DNA from: Takakia lepidozioides
Lineage: Eukaryota; Plantae; Bryophyta
Direction of reading: 5' to 3'
DNA: 64,000 bases
Assembly: GCA_030704615.1 (NCBI GenBank)
Contig: CM060732.1
Span: 10,912,001-10,976,000, forward strand
The position numbers were made by a program, and so were the translations under genes. Positions 27,113-38,051 of this stretch are shown one piece after another; position 1 is the stretch's first letter; each line of letters starts with the position of its first letter. The notes under the pieces were generated by a model that searched no databases, had not been told where the DNA came from, and saw nothing but the letters and a program-made list of their open reading frames with translations.

Positions 27113-27655
27113 GTTTCTTTCTTTCGACCACCCCTGACCAGGTGTAGTATCCTGGCTTGCTAGGGGAAGTGGCTCTTATTTTGTCAGGGGCTGCCGCCGG
27201 TAGTATGACTTACCTTGGAACAGACAATTTATCCGAGTTCTCCAGATGTCCTCTAGAAATCCCTTTACACAAGCATCAATCTGCTGTGTGTGATTTGCGC
27301 AATAACTAGGCCCCAAAAGGGCCTGGGCTTGTGCCTCAGCCTTGAGATTTTCGAAGTTGGTTAACAGAGATACGGGCACAAATCCCATGATGGATTTGAA
27401 GAGGGCGTCTCTCTGGTGAGAGTACCCAGCACAATGAATCAGAAAATGAATATTGTCTTCAGGTTGCCCCACAACGGGCATTTGCAATCCCCCTTTCCTC
27501 TCTGCATCTGTTTGCTGTTCAAAGGTAGGCTTCCCGCTCTGAGTTTAAAATTCAGTCTAGTGCCGAGAGTGGGTAACCCTGGAGGTCATCCATGATGTCC
27601 TCCCCTATGTCACAGACTGGAAACAAGTTCAGGGAAGTTTTCTGCCCAACTTCAT
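27113..27655 (-). mobile_element. 5'-truncated LINE, copy 2, with ORF2 end, 3' UTR and (AAAG)n tail
   Basis: ORF 27487-27176 (QPEDNIHFLIHC..IW..R) ends at a stop. A 55-nt 3' UTR and an AAGAAAGAAA tail follow. Confidence 0.75.
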
Positions 27656-27755
27656 TCTTTTTGTCCAAAGAGAAAGAGAGGACAGATCAGAGCATAATAT
27701 CTAGGGGTTCAAACATACCAAAAGATAACAAAAATTTGCGGTGTTGAATTGGCAG

Positions 27756-28007
27756 GCCCGTTTGTACACAGAAACAGAGGCAGCAGGCGTGACATACATC
27801 AGCGTTGGACATCGAGGTAGCCTTCGTCAATTTCATTCTCATCTTTTTACCATCACAGAGCCAAGAGATGGTGCCCACATTTCTTCCTGGACTTATGTGT
27901 CCATTGCTCATTCTGATAGCTCCCATGAAGGTTTCAGCAGATACTTGGACAACTGCCTGCCTGAAAATAAACCGTGTCCTCCCACATTCTTTGGGAACCG
28001 TTTCTAG
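27756..28007 (+). pseudogene. Last exon of the ABCD gene (H-loop)
   Basis: The AG acceptor at 27754-27755 is followed by ARLYTETEAAGVTYISVGHRGSLRQFH. Phase 0 is compatible with the donor after ..DEDNE at 25210. Confidence 0.85.
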
Positions 28008-29585
28008 TTTGACAGGAGGGAATAAAAGGGCTAAACCAAAACCGTTACCAACTTGCATCCAGCCTACAACGCACTTGAAACCTACACCCACATCAAGGAA
28101 GTATCACACTCTTCAAAGAAGAGGGTGGGGGCTTGTATTGATTGAAATTTGACAACAACACGAGAGTTAATAGCCTGCCCATCTGGACCATTAATGGGAG
28201 TGCACATTACCGTTATTTTGGTTGGCGGTTGTGCAACAAACAACTATTCCACCTTCAAATCTGAATCTCCTACAAAATATTTTATGGCTGGCACTGCCAT
28301 ATCATCCTGCCGCTTCTCAGAGTTACTGGGTCATTCAGGCCTCGTACGAACTCTCTCCTGAGCCCATTTGCATTCAAATAGTTGCTATCTATCTAGTCAA
28401 AAGGGATGGTGTAAGTGTTTGCAGATGAGCGGCAAGCTCATCCACTCTTAAGTAGTGTTAGTGGATTACTTCCATCAAACCTTAGTCCTTCCATCTGAGA
28501 ATCAATGAGGTTAGCAAACTTGATCGGCAACATTCCAGGTTTCATTCAACCTTCAGAACAAGTGACCTGGTCAAACTGAGGTATATCCACCGCGTTTGCA
28601 TAGTCAGGCGGCATTGTCATTGAGCGAAAAGAGTCATTTTACATTGCGAATTGCCAGAGTGGTTGTTTACATGACCCTCAGAACATAGCTACAGCACTAA
28701 CAAGCTCCACCATAACCAAAGATGACCCAATGTAGTAGTGATCAATCAACCAGCATCCCGGAGCCTGCTGACGTCCAGCCTACTTCCTAAACAAGTTAGT
28801 GCCTCTCTGTGACTTGACTAATGTCAAATCTTCTCGGCGAACTCTCGAGCTAAACAAATATGTCTGAACGTATTGTGAATAGCCAGGTTCTGCAGTGTAT
28901 ATTCTGAGCTCCTCAGCTACCCCAGGGTGTGTTAGTCTAGTACCATGAGCTTTGTACGCCCAGTTTCATTGTCAACCATTACTGGGTATCCCCAGAAAAG
29001 GCTAAACCTACTAGCCCACTTGGATTCATTGGTCTATGGACCCCTATGTAATGTTGTGTTCAGTTGTCCTTGTGTACTAATGGGCCACCCTGGGCTGGAT
29101 TCATGGGTCAAATGCCCTTTCAAACATCTATGACTGTATGATCTAAAAGCACCAAGGGGCATTCAAGATGTGTGAAGAAATGGTACAGTTTGCTAAAAGT
29201 CACTTTTCTGGTCCTGGAAACTCGTGCTTCTCGCATTCCATCTTCATCTTTGCTCCTGAAAAACCATAAATGCGTTGACAATTTGTCAACACCAAAGCAT
29301 GATGTGTTCCAGTAACAAGATTTCCAGTTACATGTGTGTGTAACAATATCTATGTTAGTGGGGTTGGATCAAACTGGTTTATGCTGTACTGGAACCACTC
29401 CCTCATCAAGAGAAAGATGTTGAAGAGGCTTTTTTTAAGATCCATCCAGCGGGAAGAAGAATTTGAATGTTTGATAACCATACAAATTCAACAGGGTACT
29501 TCATTCTGCTCAGACCAGAATCATCCCATGGAATGTTGAAGAAGTCCTCTTAGAAGTCACCTAAGAGCTTTCTCAAGGATTCAAT

Positions 29586-31641
29586 TCAAACAGGTGCATC
29601 CAGCCTTGGGCTGAAAGGAAATCCAATGGTTGATCGATAATCCTCAATGTCTGTGAGCAAAGGACAACTGGGCACCCAACGCCATGACCGCCTGATGAAG
29701 TCATATAATAGAGCGTGGGGGCACTTATAACTTGTAAAACAAATTATATCATTGTGGCCAACACACATGAAGTCCCCATTCCGTGAGTCCTTCAAAAAGC
29801 GCTTGCACAGAGCGTGTGGCATCCGTACAACTTCCAGCCAATTCATTGTGTTTTGTTCAAGCTCCCACATGCGAATATTCTTGGGTATTGCGTGTTTTTT
29901 CAGCCCTCCAACCATGAATAGGCGCTGTTGGCATCCCACCAAGTGTGGAGAGGTAAGGAAGGAAGGCATTGGGGCTCTCACAACACTCCATATCCCGTGT
30001 TGCATGTTGAACGCTATGACCCCATATGGGTCCCGTGTCACCCAAAAATGGAAACCATTGCAGAACGCATTGCGGAGAGTGTAATTTGCAATTGGCAAGT
30101 GGTTACCGGTAATTAGCCAGCAATTTGAGACTGAATCATATACTTCTGTCCGCACGTTATCTTCATAGTAATCGCCAGCCACAACAATCTTGTAGTCCCC
30201 TGTTGACGAGTCAACAACCATGCCTACTAGGTTGGGGAAGCGCTTGTGCAACATAGGGGGCAGTTCTCTCCACCTACAAGTCGTACAATCTAGGGTTTCT
30301 TTAAATCAGCAGGAACAGTAGACTGCACTATTAACTTTTCCAGTGTCTTCATTGTAGATTTTCATAGAGCAACAATAATACCAAAAAGTGACATACCATA
30401 GCAACTCAAAAGAAGGCATATCAAACAAGTAACATCATCATGTATGCCAGTGTGCTCATAAGTTCTCTCATTTAGGTTTTACAAGGACAACCATTGATGA
30501 TAATTCATAAAAGTGAAACCCCTTGCACATAGTAAAGAGACACACTGTCGTGATCTTATGTGGAATCCGGACTAACCTATGCAAAACCCCAATAACAACA
30601 AAATTTTGGTTGAATGTAGTACTTACCTGCGTGTCAAAGGATTGCAAACAGACAAGCTAGGGTAGGCGCTCACGCCGCAAAAACAAAGCAAACCCCCAGC
30701 CGCTGCACATGGGAACTTAGTCTCATAGTGGAAAAACGTGAAGGGAATTCGATGCCAACAGTTGGAAGCAGGGTTGAAGACTGAACACATACTTCGATCC
30801 TTCGCCTCAAACATGAGAAAACAAGGGTCTGCTGAGGGCACACGCCGATACATCTCCAAGAAACTGTGGGAGTACATTACAGCATTCCACCTAGCCAATA
30901 AAATACCATCAGTTTCTGTCTAACATCGGTATTCACTGCCAAACGAGTAACGAAGTAGGACAACCCTCATAAACCCTTTTGAAACCCCAAGAACACTATC
31001 AATTGAGGCATGTGTCCATTAACCTGGCTAGAAAACCCTCATCCTATTCCATTTGATTTGGCAGAGTATCATGACCCACCACATTTCGTTCATAGGGTGT
31101 CTTTCAAGACATCCAAGATGCTTGGTCACATGAAGATGTGATTCTATTGTCATTGTGCAATCAACAGAGACCCTCCCACTACTAACAATGTGCACGCAAA
31201 CTTCTCATTCGATTCAACCTAAAACCCTATTAGAACCTCTGTCCATGCATTGACAATAAATGGGAACGTCAAATGATTTGACATTAAAGGGTACATTCTA
31301 TTCATTTAGCTAGAAGCCCGTTATGGTTCTTTAAATGGATAGCTCGACAGGGAGAGAGGAGAAGAGAGACAATACCTTTTGCAAATTGTGCTTGCACGAG
31401 CAAATGCAGGAAATGGAAGCCAAGCCAAAATTCGATCTTGAAGATCCTCAGGAAGTGTGCCCCACAAGGTTTCGTCCATGGGAACCACATTGGCAGAAAC
31501 TACATCCATAAGTGTTCCTAGGCCCCCCGCCTCCTCACATTCATTTTCATCAGAGACCATGGCTGCTGCTTGGGTGCCGGAGATGGAGCTACGGCCATGG
31601 CCACTGTCCTCTAAAAATGCACCTTGTGATGTACTAGTCAT
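29586..31641 (-). CDS. F-box/kelch-repeat protein (3 coding exons)
   Basis: F-box LWGTLPEDLQDRILAWLP..FARASTICKR|W. Exons ~31641-31375, ~30890-30627 (AAAGGLLCF..VCNPLTRR) and ~30273-29586 (WRELPPM..YKIVVAG..TEVYDS..W..F.PRL). Confidence 0.92.
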
Positions 31642-32727
31642 GGTGAGAGAAATATTGGCCTCCCCTCCGCGTTCCTTTCCTTCCTTCTAGACCCTCAGCT
31701 GGATTACAAGTTTGGAATGCTTGCCTAGAGAAGAAACCCAAGCTCATGATCTCACCCAACAATGTTGTTGATGAGAAGTTGTTCTCTTTTTCTCCTCATA
31801 AGACTATGTTGATATTATCTGTCCCTACATAGCTACCTCTCTCATAATCACTCCATTTTGTTGTCTTGTTGAAACACTAACACTCCATCATCTCATAACT
31901 GGACTGGAAATTATCACTCGCTCCGAGTTATGTTCTTGCGTTTCTTGCCATCATTGTCATCTCCATCTTGGTGGACGTCATCTCCATGGCGCTTGGTGGG
32001 CCCTGACTTCTCCCCATTCTTCTTCCTCTTCAACTCCAATTTCCTCCTCCATGTGCCGCTCATGCTGTGGGTTGGATGCAGATGATTGGTTTGCACACCT
32101 GGTATCCTACGACTCTTTCGTTCTGTGTAAATCCAGCAAGATGTAATCCGGCGCTGTACCAGCCAAGAAAAACCCACACGCTACCTCCTACATCAGCTAG
32201 TTCAAAGCGAGGGAGGAAGAGAAAACATGATTGAAGATCATCCCAAACGTATATGAATGCAAAGAAAAGGGAGCAGAGAGCTGCAAAGACCCTGCACCAA
32301 AAGGCAAAAACATGGGATTCGATGAGCCAATAGCTACCTGCGTTTGCTGGCACCCCTCCATGTGGCACTCCTTCAGACGTGGCATGCACCATGTTTGCAA
32401 CAATTTCCATAATTCATACATTTCCAAATTAGAGAAACCAATGACTTTTTTAATTCCTACAGCGCTGATCTGGCCTGTGGCGACTCTGGGGCGTAGCATG
32501 TGTGCCTCTCTGGCTCAGAAAGGGGGTTACTGTTCCCCTATAGCCATCACTCAAGTTTCCTTCCAAACCACCTTGCATGTGATTAGATAGAAGCTTCTCC
32601 GCCTCTTTATATGGCTCCAGCAGGTCTGGCAGCCTTCTAAAGAGGCTTCAATCGGCTTTGTCCACTGGACAAGGTTTGGGGCCTGCTGCCCCAAATTTGT
32701 TATGCTTTGTCCACTGAGGTGGCAATA

Positions 32728-33178
32728 CCGTCCCTTGACAACGGATTAGGCATTTTTGCGCCTAAATCCAAAATCAATCAATCAGAAAATTAGGCATGTT
32801 TTGAAAACAGGTTCTCAAATTAGGCATTGCATGCTACAATTTTTCAGAATTAGGCACATGAGAAGAGGAAACATCTATTTTCTTAAGAGTAAAATTACAA
32901 AAATAGACACCCCATGCCCATCCTTCCAAGCTCCAGCTACCTTTCATTTCCTTTGAAACCCTAGAAATGCCCCTCTTTGTTGTACGGAGTGCCCCAAGGC
33001 TCAAGCTGGTACAAGCAAGCTTTCCCTTCGCTCTCAAGTTTTTTGGTGGAATTTTTGGGCATTAGGCACTTTGGTCCCATAATTTCCCAAAATTAGGCTT
33101 AAATCTGAAAAATTCACAGAATTCGTTAGGCACTTTTATTTTGAATTAATTATCACCTAATCCGTTGTCCAAGGACGG
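32728..33178. mobile_element. Tc1/mariner (pogo-like) MITE, 451 bp
   Basis: TA|CCGTCCCTTGACAACGGATTAGG ... CCTAATCCGTTGTCCAAGGACGG|TA: 23-bp TIRs with 2 mismatches, TA TSD and repeated internal AAATTAGGCA motifs. Confidence 0.9.
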
Positions 33179-34262
33179 TATAGAGCAATGACAGGGCATG
33201 TTGGGGCGCTGGACAAAGCCATGTCTGAAAGTGTGTAGTGGACAAGACCCCATTCTCAACCAATCAGAGAGACTAGTCGTTTGTCTAGTTGCTCGCCCTT
33301 ATATATATATTTCTTTGTTCTCCACGAGTTACAGTGCATGCAAGAAATAAAGATGATGGTGTTGACGCTGCCCTCATCACTTTAGTCACCGTCAGAAAGC
33401 TATGGCGGTAAGCACATGCACATGCACATTTTGTAGCATAAATGAAGAGAAGGATGTTGACAAGATCCAGACCTCTGTAAGTGAGGTAGAGGGGAGATCT
33501 GTAAGTTAAAACAAGATCTGGAAGGAAGGGGTTGATTGTAATTGCAAACATGTAGTGGTGTCTTGCATGCAAGGAAAGAAGTATGGTCAAGCTGTGTTTT
33601 GTACCTCTCTGCATGGTGGCCATGTGGTTAAGCATCATCTATTATGCCACCCACCCGGCCCTGGACGAGGAGAGAGAGACACATTCCATAGTCAGATTGA
33701 AAAGTAATTGGCTTCAAGGCATGGATACATGGCAAAGGAACTTTACATATGTCCACAGTTAACCTAAGGAGACTGGGAGGACCAGACTGATCCAAGGTGA
33801 GGGAATGCAAAATTGATGGCTCATTAATGCATGCAGCATACACAGTTGCAAGTCACGGACATTGAATGCTAGAGTTGCACAAGCAAAATGGTGGAGTGCC
33901 CCTTCCGGCTCTCCCCTTTCACAATGGGGTTGAAACCTGGAGTCAAGCAGAGAGAGAAGAGCTTCTTGGTGAAAGCATTTCCAATACATGTTATTCAGAA
34001 CAGATATACATTGTGTATATGACTAAGTCTCGTTTGGTGTGCTATGATTGCCCATTAGCTAATCAACAATGAGCTAAATGGATACTTCAAATTGTTTTAG
34101 TAGACAACAGGGTGTCAATTAGACACTCGCTAGACAAAGCCACTTCTAGAGAATAAAGTACAACACTGGCTGTCTGACGGGTGCGTCTCACTCCTCCACC
34201 CTCTCCTCCACCACTCATACCAGTGCAGAAATGTAGATGCCCAACTCCTTGTGGATGAGAGC

Positions 34263-35873
34263 TCAAAGACCCTCTTGACTTCCATTTGCAATCCGGTTGC
34301 CTGCTGGTGCAGCCTGATCCTCATCATTTTCACCTGATAAATCTTCCAATGATTTTTGATTCGTCTCAGGCACAAGGAATGTAAAGAAGAAACCCACAGC
34401 ATTGATGATTGCCATAATCATCAAGGTTGCCTTCATGCCAATGCCCTTCTTATAGCCACCAGCGTCAACCTGGCTTTGGTGCGTGGACTCTGAGGCGTAC
34501 AGGAATCCAAACGCACCAACAATAGCCCCAGCTTTACCAGCTGCAGCTGAGATACCATGGCAAGTGGACCGTAATCTCGCTGGAAACAACTCAGCAGGCA
34601 CAATAAACGTGGTACTGTTTGGCCCAAAATTGGCGAAGAAGAAGGTCAAGGCATAGAGAATAATAAAACCGAGGTGGTTGTGGTTCTTCCAATGGTAGTA
34701 GGGGATGGAAACGGCAAACATAAACACGGACATGAAAAAGAAACCCTGCAACTGGATGGCGAATCTCCCCAGGTGATCAATGAGAGCAACCGTAAACCAG
34801 TAGCCTGGTACTGTTGAGCACAGGGCGATAATTGTTTGTGCCCTTGCAATCTTGAAGACTTCTTCGATAGCACTCATATATGAGGCTTTCGGCAGCCAAC
34901 CCACAGCTGTGAAAACGTCCTTCTGAAACAAATTTCCACTGTAGTAGCCGATATCAAGCAGGAACCAGCACATCGACGTTCCAAGCAGCTGAATGCCATG
35001 CTTGTGGAGAAATTCCCTTGAGAACAGACCGTACTGCACCTGCTGCACCTGCTTTTGATCCACCATATTGTCAACATCAAAGTGCACATCCATTACCATT
35101 CCCATATCTGCCGCCGCCTGCTTCCGGTTACCCTCCACCAATGCTGTGTAACGCGCGGTCTCGGGCATCCGTAGCCGGTAGTAGAAGGTCAATAAGGCAG
35201 GGACAGATCCAAGTGCAAAGATGATGCGCCATACAAAGTCGGCCTGTGTAGGAGTAGAACCAATCTGATCTTTGTTGAAAGGCGGCCGCGGATACAAGTG
35301 ATTGAAAATTGCGGCAACAATAACAGACACGGCACCTGCTGCAAGGAGACCTACCCCTTGCATCGCAAACACTGCGGCAATGAATGCTCCGCGAGTTTTC
35401 GTATTAGCGTATTCAGACATGATTGTGGCCGACAGAGGGTAATCTCCGCCGATGCCGAACCCGAGCCAAAATCTAAAGAAGCAAAGTGTAGTCATCACAG
35501 ATTTCGCTGTGTGGCCAAATGAGAGGGACGATGCTATTGCGCATATGATCATCATCAACAGCGTGATACCATAAACTTTCTTCCGGCCTAGCTTGTCTCC
35601 GAGCCAGCCAAAAAAGAGCTGCCCTAGCAAAGTCCCGACCAAAGCAACTCCGGTCACAGCAGAATTGACCCCCGCTGGTAAGACACCAGGTTTTCCAGTT
35701 GCTGGATTGTAGTAGTAGATCCGACCTAGCAGCTTGGTCAAAAAGGATATGCAAAAGAGATCGTACGCGTCAGTAAAGAAGCCCATCCCGGCTATGATGA
35801 TCGCCGTGAAATGGTACATCTGCGTTTTGGCCTTATCTAAGGCCTGCAGCACCTCCAGCTTCTGTTTCGCCAT
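34263..35873 (-). CDS. PHT1: High-affinity phosphate:H+ symporter, PHT1 family (536 aa, intronless CDS)
   Basis: PHT1 signature [13 protein letters not shown], plus [39 protein letters not shown] and [38 protein letters not shown] likely 5'-UTR intron spans 36175-35879, with TATAAA at ~36289-36294. Confidence 0.98.
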   Translation of the reverse strand: MAKQKLEVLQALDKAKTQMYHFTAIIIAGMGFFTDAYDLFCISFLTKLLGRIYYYNPATGKPGVLPAGVNSAVTGVALVGTLLGQLFFGWLGDKLGRKKVYGITLLMMIICAIASSLSFGHTAKSVMTTLCFFRFWLGFGIGGDYPLSATIMSEYANTKTRGAFIAAVFAMQGVGLLAAGAVSVIVAAIFNHLYPRPPFNKDQIGSTPTQADFVWRIIFALGSVPALLTFYYRLRMPETARYTALVEGNRKQAAADMGMVMDVHFDVDNMVDQKQVQQVQYGLFSREFLHKHGIQLLGTSMCWFLLDIGYYSGNLFQKDVFTAVGWLPKASYMSAIEEVFKIARAQTIIALCSTVPGYWFTVALIDHLGRFAIQLQGFFFMSVFMFAVSIPYYHWKNHNHLGFIILYALTFFFANFGPNSTTFIVPAELFPARLRSTCHGISAAAGKAGAIVGAFGFLYASESTHQSQVDAGGYKKGIGMKATLMIMAIINAVGFFFTFLVPETNQKSLEDLSGENDEDQAAPAGNRIANGSQEGL

Positions 35874-36509
35874 CTTTTCTGGAACCCCTACACAATTTCA
35901 CAACGCAACACACTTCAAACACCTCAACGCTTCCTCCACATCACAGACAGAGCAACTCCGTGCACGCACTCCCCAAACCTTAACAACCCAGACCCCGACA
36001 AACACCAAAACCACCCCGTAACCACGTACACAGAGGGATACAGAGCGTCTCAGAGAATCACCCCCACTACCACACGCACCGCTCAAAATTCCAACCTTCA
36101 ACACCAAGAGAGGCCGACAGACACCAGATTTGCCGCACACCAAATCGACCGGCCACCAAGTTGAACCAAACTTACCAAGGGTAGAGTCAGGCAACAATCA
36201 AGTGCTTTTCCAGCGATGGCACAAGCTCCTCCTCTACTCCGCTACCCTCCTGCCTCCGCTGCTATGGCAGCAAGCCACGGTGTTGCGGTTTATAAGCTCT
36301 GCTCGCATCGCCCGCGTCCTCTGCTGCCACCACCCAAGCGCGCCCTCGCTCTTGTGCTTGTGTGCCAGACGCTCGCCTCCTTCCTTGTTTCACCTGCCCG
36401 CCCTCCTTTCGCCTTCTCCTCTGCCCGTTCTATTTTTAGTTTCCATCTATTTCTGTTTTTAATTTACTGGGGTCCGCCACCCGCGGTTAACTAACCGCGG
36501 TGCGTCAAA

Positions 36510-38051
36510 GAACAAGAGAAGCCCTCACTAACTACAATAGTAACTAGTAATCATCCGTCAGTAAATGAAAAGATATATGAAATATAAAACCGTGGGTGCC
36601 GGCCCGGGCCGGGCCGGCCAAGTTCTCTGGCTCTTTCCGAGCCTCGCATCGCGTGTTCACACGTCTTGCAGCTCTGAAACACGTGCGCAAGTATAGGTCG
36701 GCCAGGGACGAGTGAGTCTGTCCACGAATATCCGTTACCCAGTAGAGCACAGCCTACAGTTGCAGCGTTGACTTTGCATTATCCGTAGCGCGTTGTGTAG
36801 CAAACGGTTGCGTACCGACAGACGCGAAAGCGAAAGCGAAAGCTGTAGCGAAAACGAAAACACGCCGTTTGGGCTGTCAGCTTTTTTAGTCCCACATCGT
36901 AGGCCAGCGCCGCGCCGGAGAATGGATACAAAAGCAGGCGGCCCTCCTGGAAGATGCTCTTCACTCGCGCGTTTCATCCTTTGGATGCTTCCTCGTGCTT
37001 TTCATTCGTCGGCCACCCAACCATATCTAATAAATTTGGAAAAGAGTTGTGTTAGTACCTATCTACAACAATTAACCAACTTGTTTATTTTTCTCCTGAC
37101 TTTATTTTATTTTAGTGTGGAGTTTTGTCGATAGCTTAGAAGATCCACGTGAGAAACAAACGGGCCTCGTAATGCGCACTTTAATATCCTTTACTGATTG
37201 GCCTTCAATACAGGGTGGCCGTCTTTCCCCGTGGCCCCCATGTGCACTTTGGGCCTGCAAGTCCTTGATTTCTCGGTCTACGGCAGCCAATAGTTGAAGG
37301 CAATTGACTGCCTTGGGTCTTGAGTCACCTGCACACAACACACAACCCTACCAAACACATCACTATCTTTGACTCAAAGGATGGCGTGACTTTGGGGCCT
37401 GGGCCCTGATCACGATGAGCCCCATCTCTCTTTTTCTTTTTCTTTTTCTTTTCAAGGGGAATAGAAGCACTATGATGGAGACAATAAGCTTATGAATGAG
37501 TCATTGCCACCATGGGCTCCCAGCTTAAAATGTAGGAGAAACCCAAAATAAAATCGCACTGAAAATATGAAGAACAGCCGACCCCATGGGCTGGATAAGT
37601 GCGCTGATAATTCTGAGCTCAAAATCCTACGGTAGTCAGCCGTGCGCGAAATTATATTCTCCGGTGTGTGTGCCATGGCATAGCGAGAAAGAGGTTATTT
37701 TCTGCTCTCTCTAATTAAGGGGCCTGATGTATGGGACGGGTGCTCCCAGGTGTTTCCATTTGGAAAAAAGCCTAAAACCAAAAAACAACAGAAGCAGGAT
37801 TTGGAGCATTGTCCGAGGTCCGCAATTTGGTCAAAGGCGGAGCGGCATATACTCAGATGCTTGAGCATATGCTTTGCTTGCCAGCTGCGACGTGCCATCC
37901 TCGGTCGTATTTACAAATGTCTCACTATTGGTTTGGGCCTGCTGCCCAGAGAGCCTGACCAAATCTCGGGAAAGAAGTGGCCTTTACACAGTCGAGCCCT
38001 AAGTAAGTGGGGAAAATAGGAGCGGGATCCCAGTAGGTAGCGGGCATATCC
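36510..38051 (-). promoter_or_regulatory. PHT1 promoter: four P1BS (GNATATNC) sites and one CTTC/MYCS core
   Basis: GAATATCC 36726-36733, GCATATAC 37845-37852, GCATATGC 37865-37872 and GCATATCC 38044-38051. TCTTGTTC lies on the gene strand at 36517-36510. Confidence 0.7.

Noticed and set aside
24911-27178. Programmed phase-variation switch or trans-splicing of the ABCD gene
   Set aside because: No recombinase is nearby, the repeats are ordinary LINE ends, and an upstream exon has a premature stop. It is kept only as an inversion finding.
12370-35873. Phosphate-response gene cluster (Phi-1 plus PHT1)
   Set aside because: The genes are 21 kb apart with unrelated genes between them, I saw no P1BS near the EXO gene, and the Phi-1 name does not imply a role in Pi uptake.
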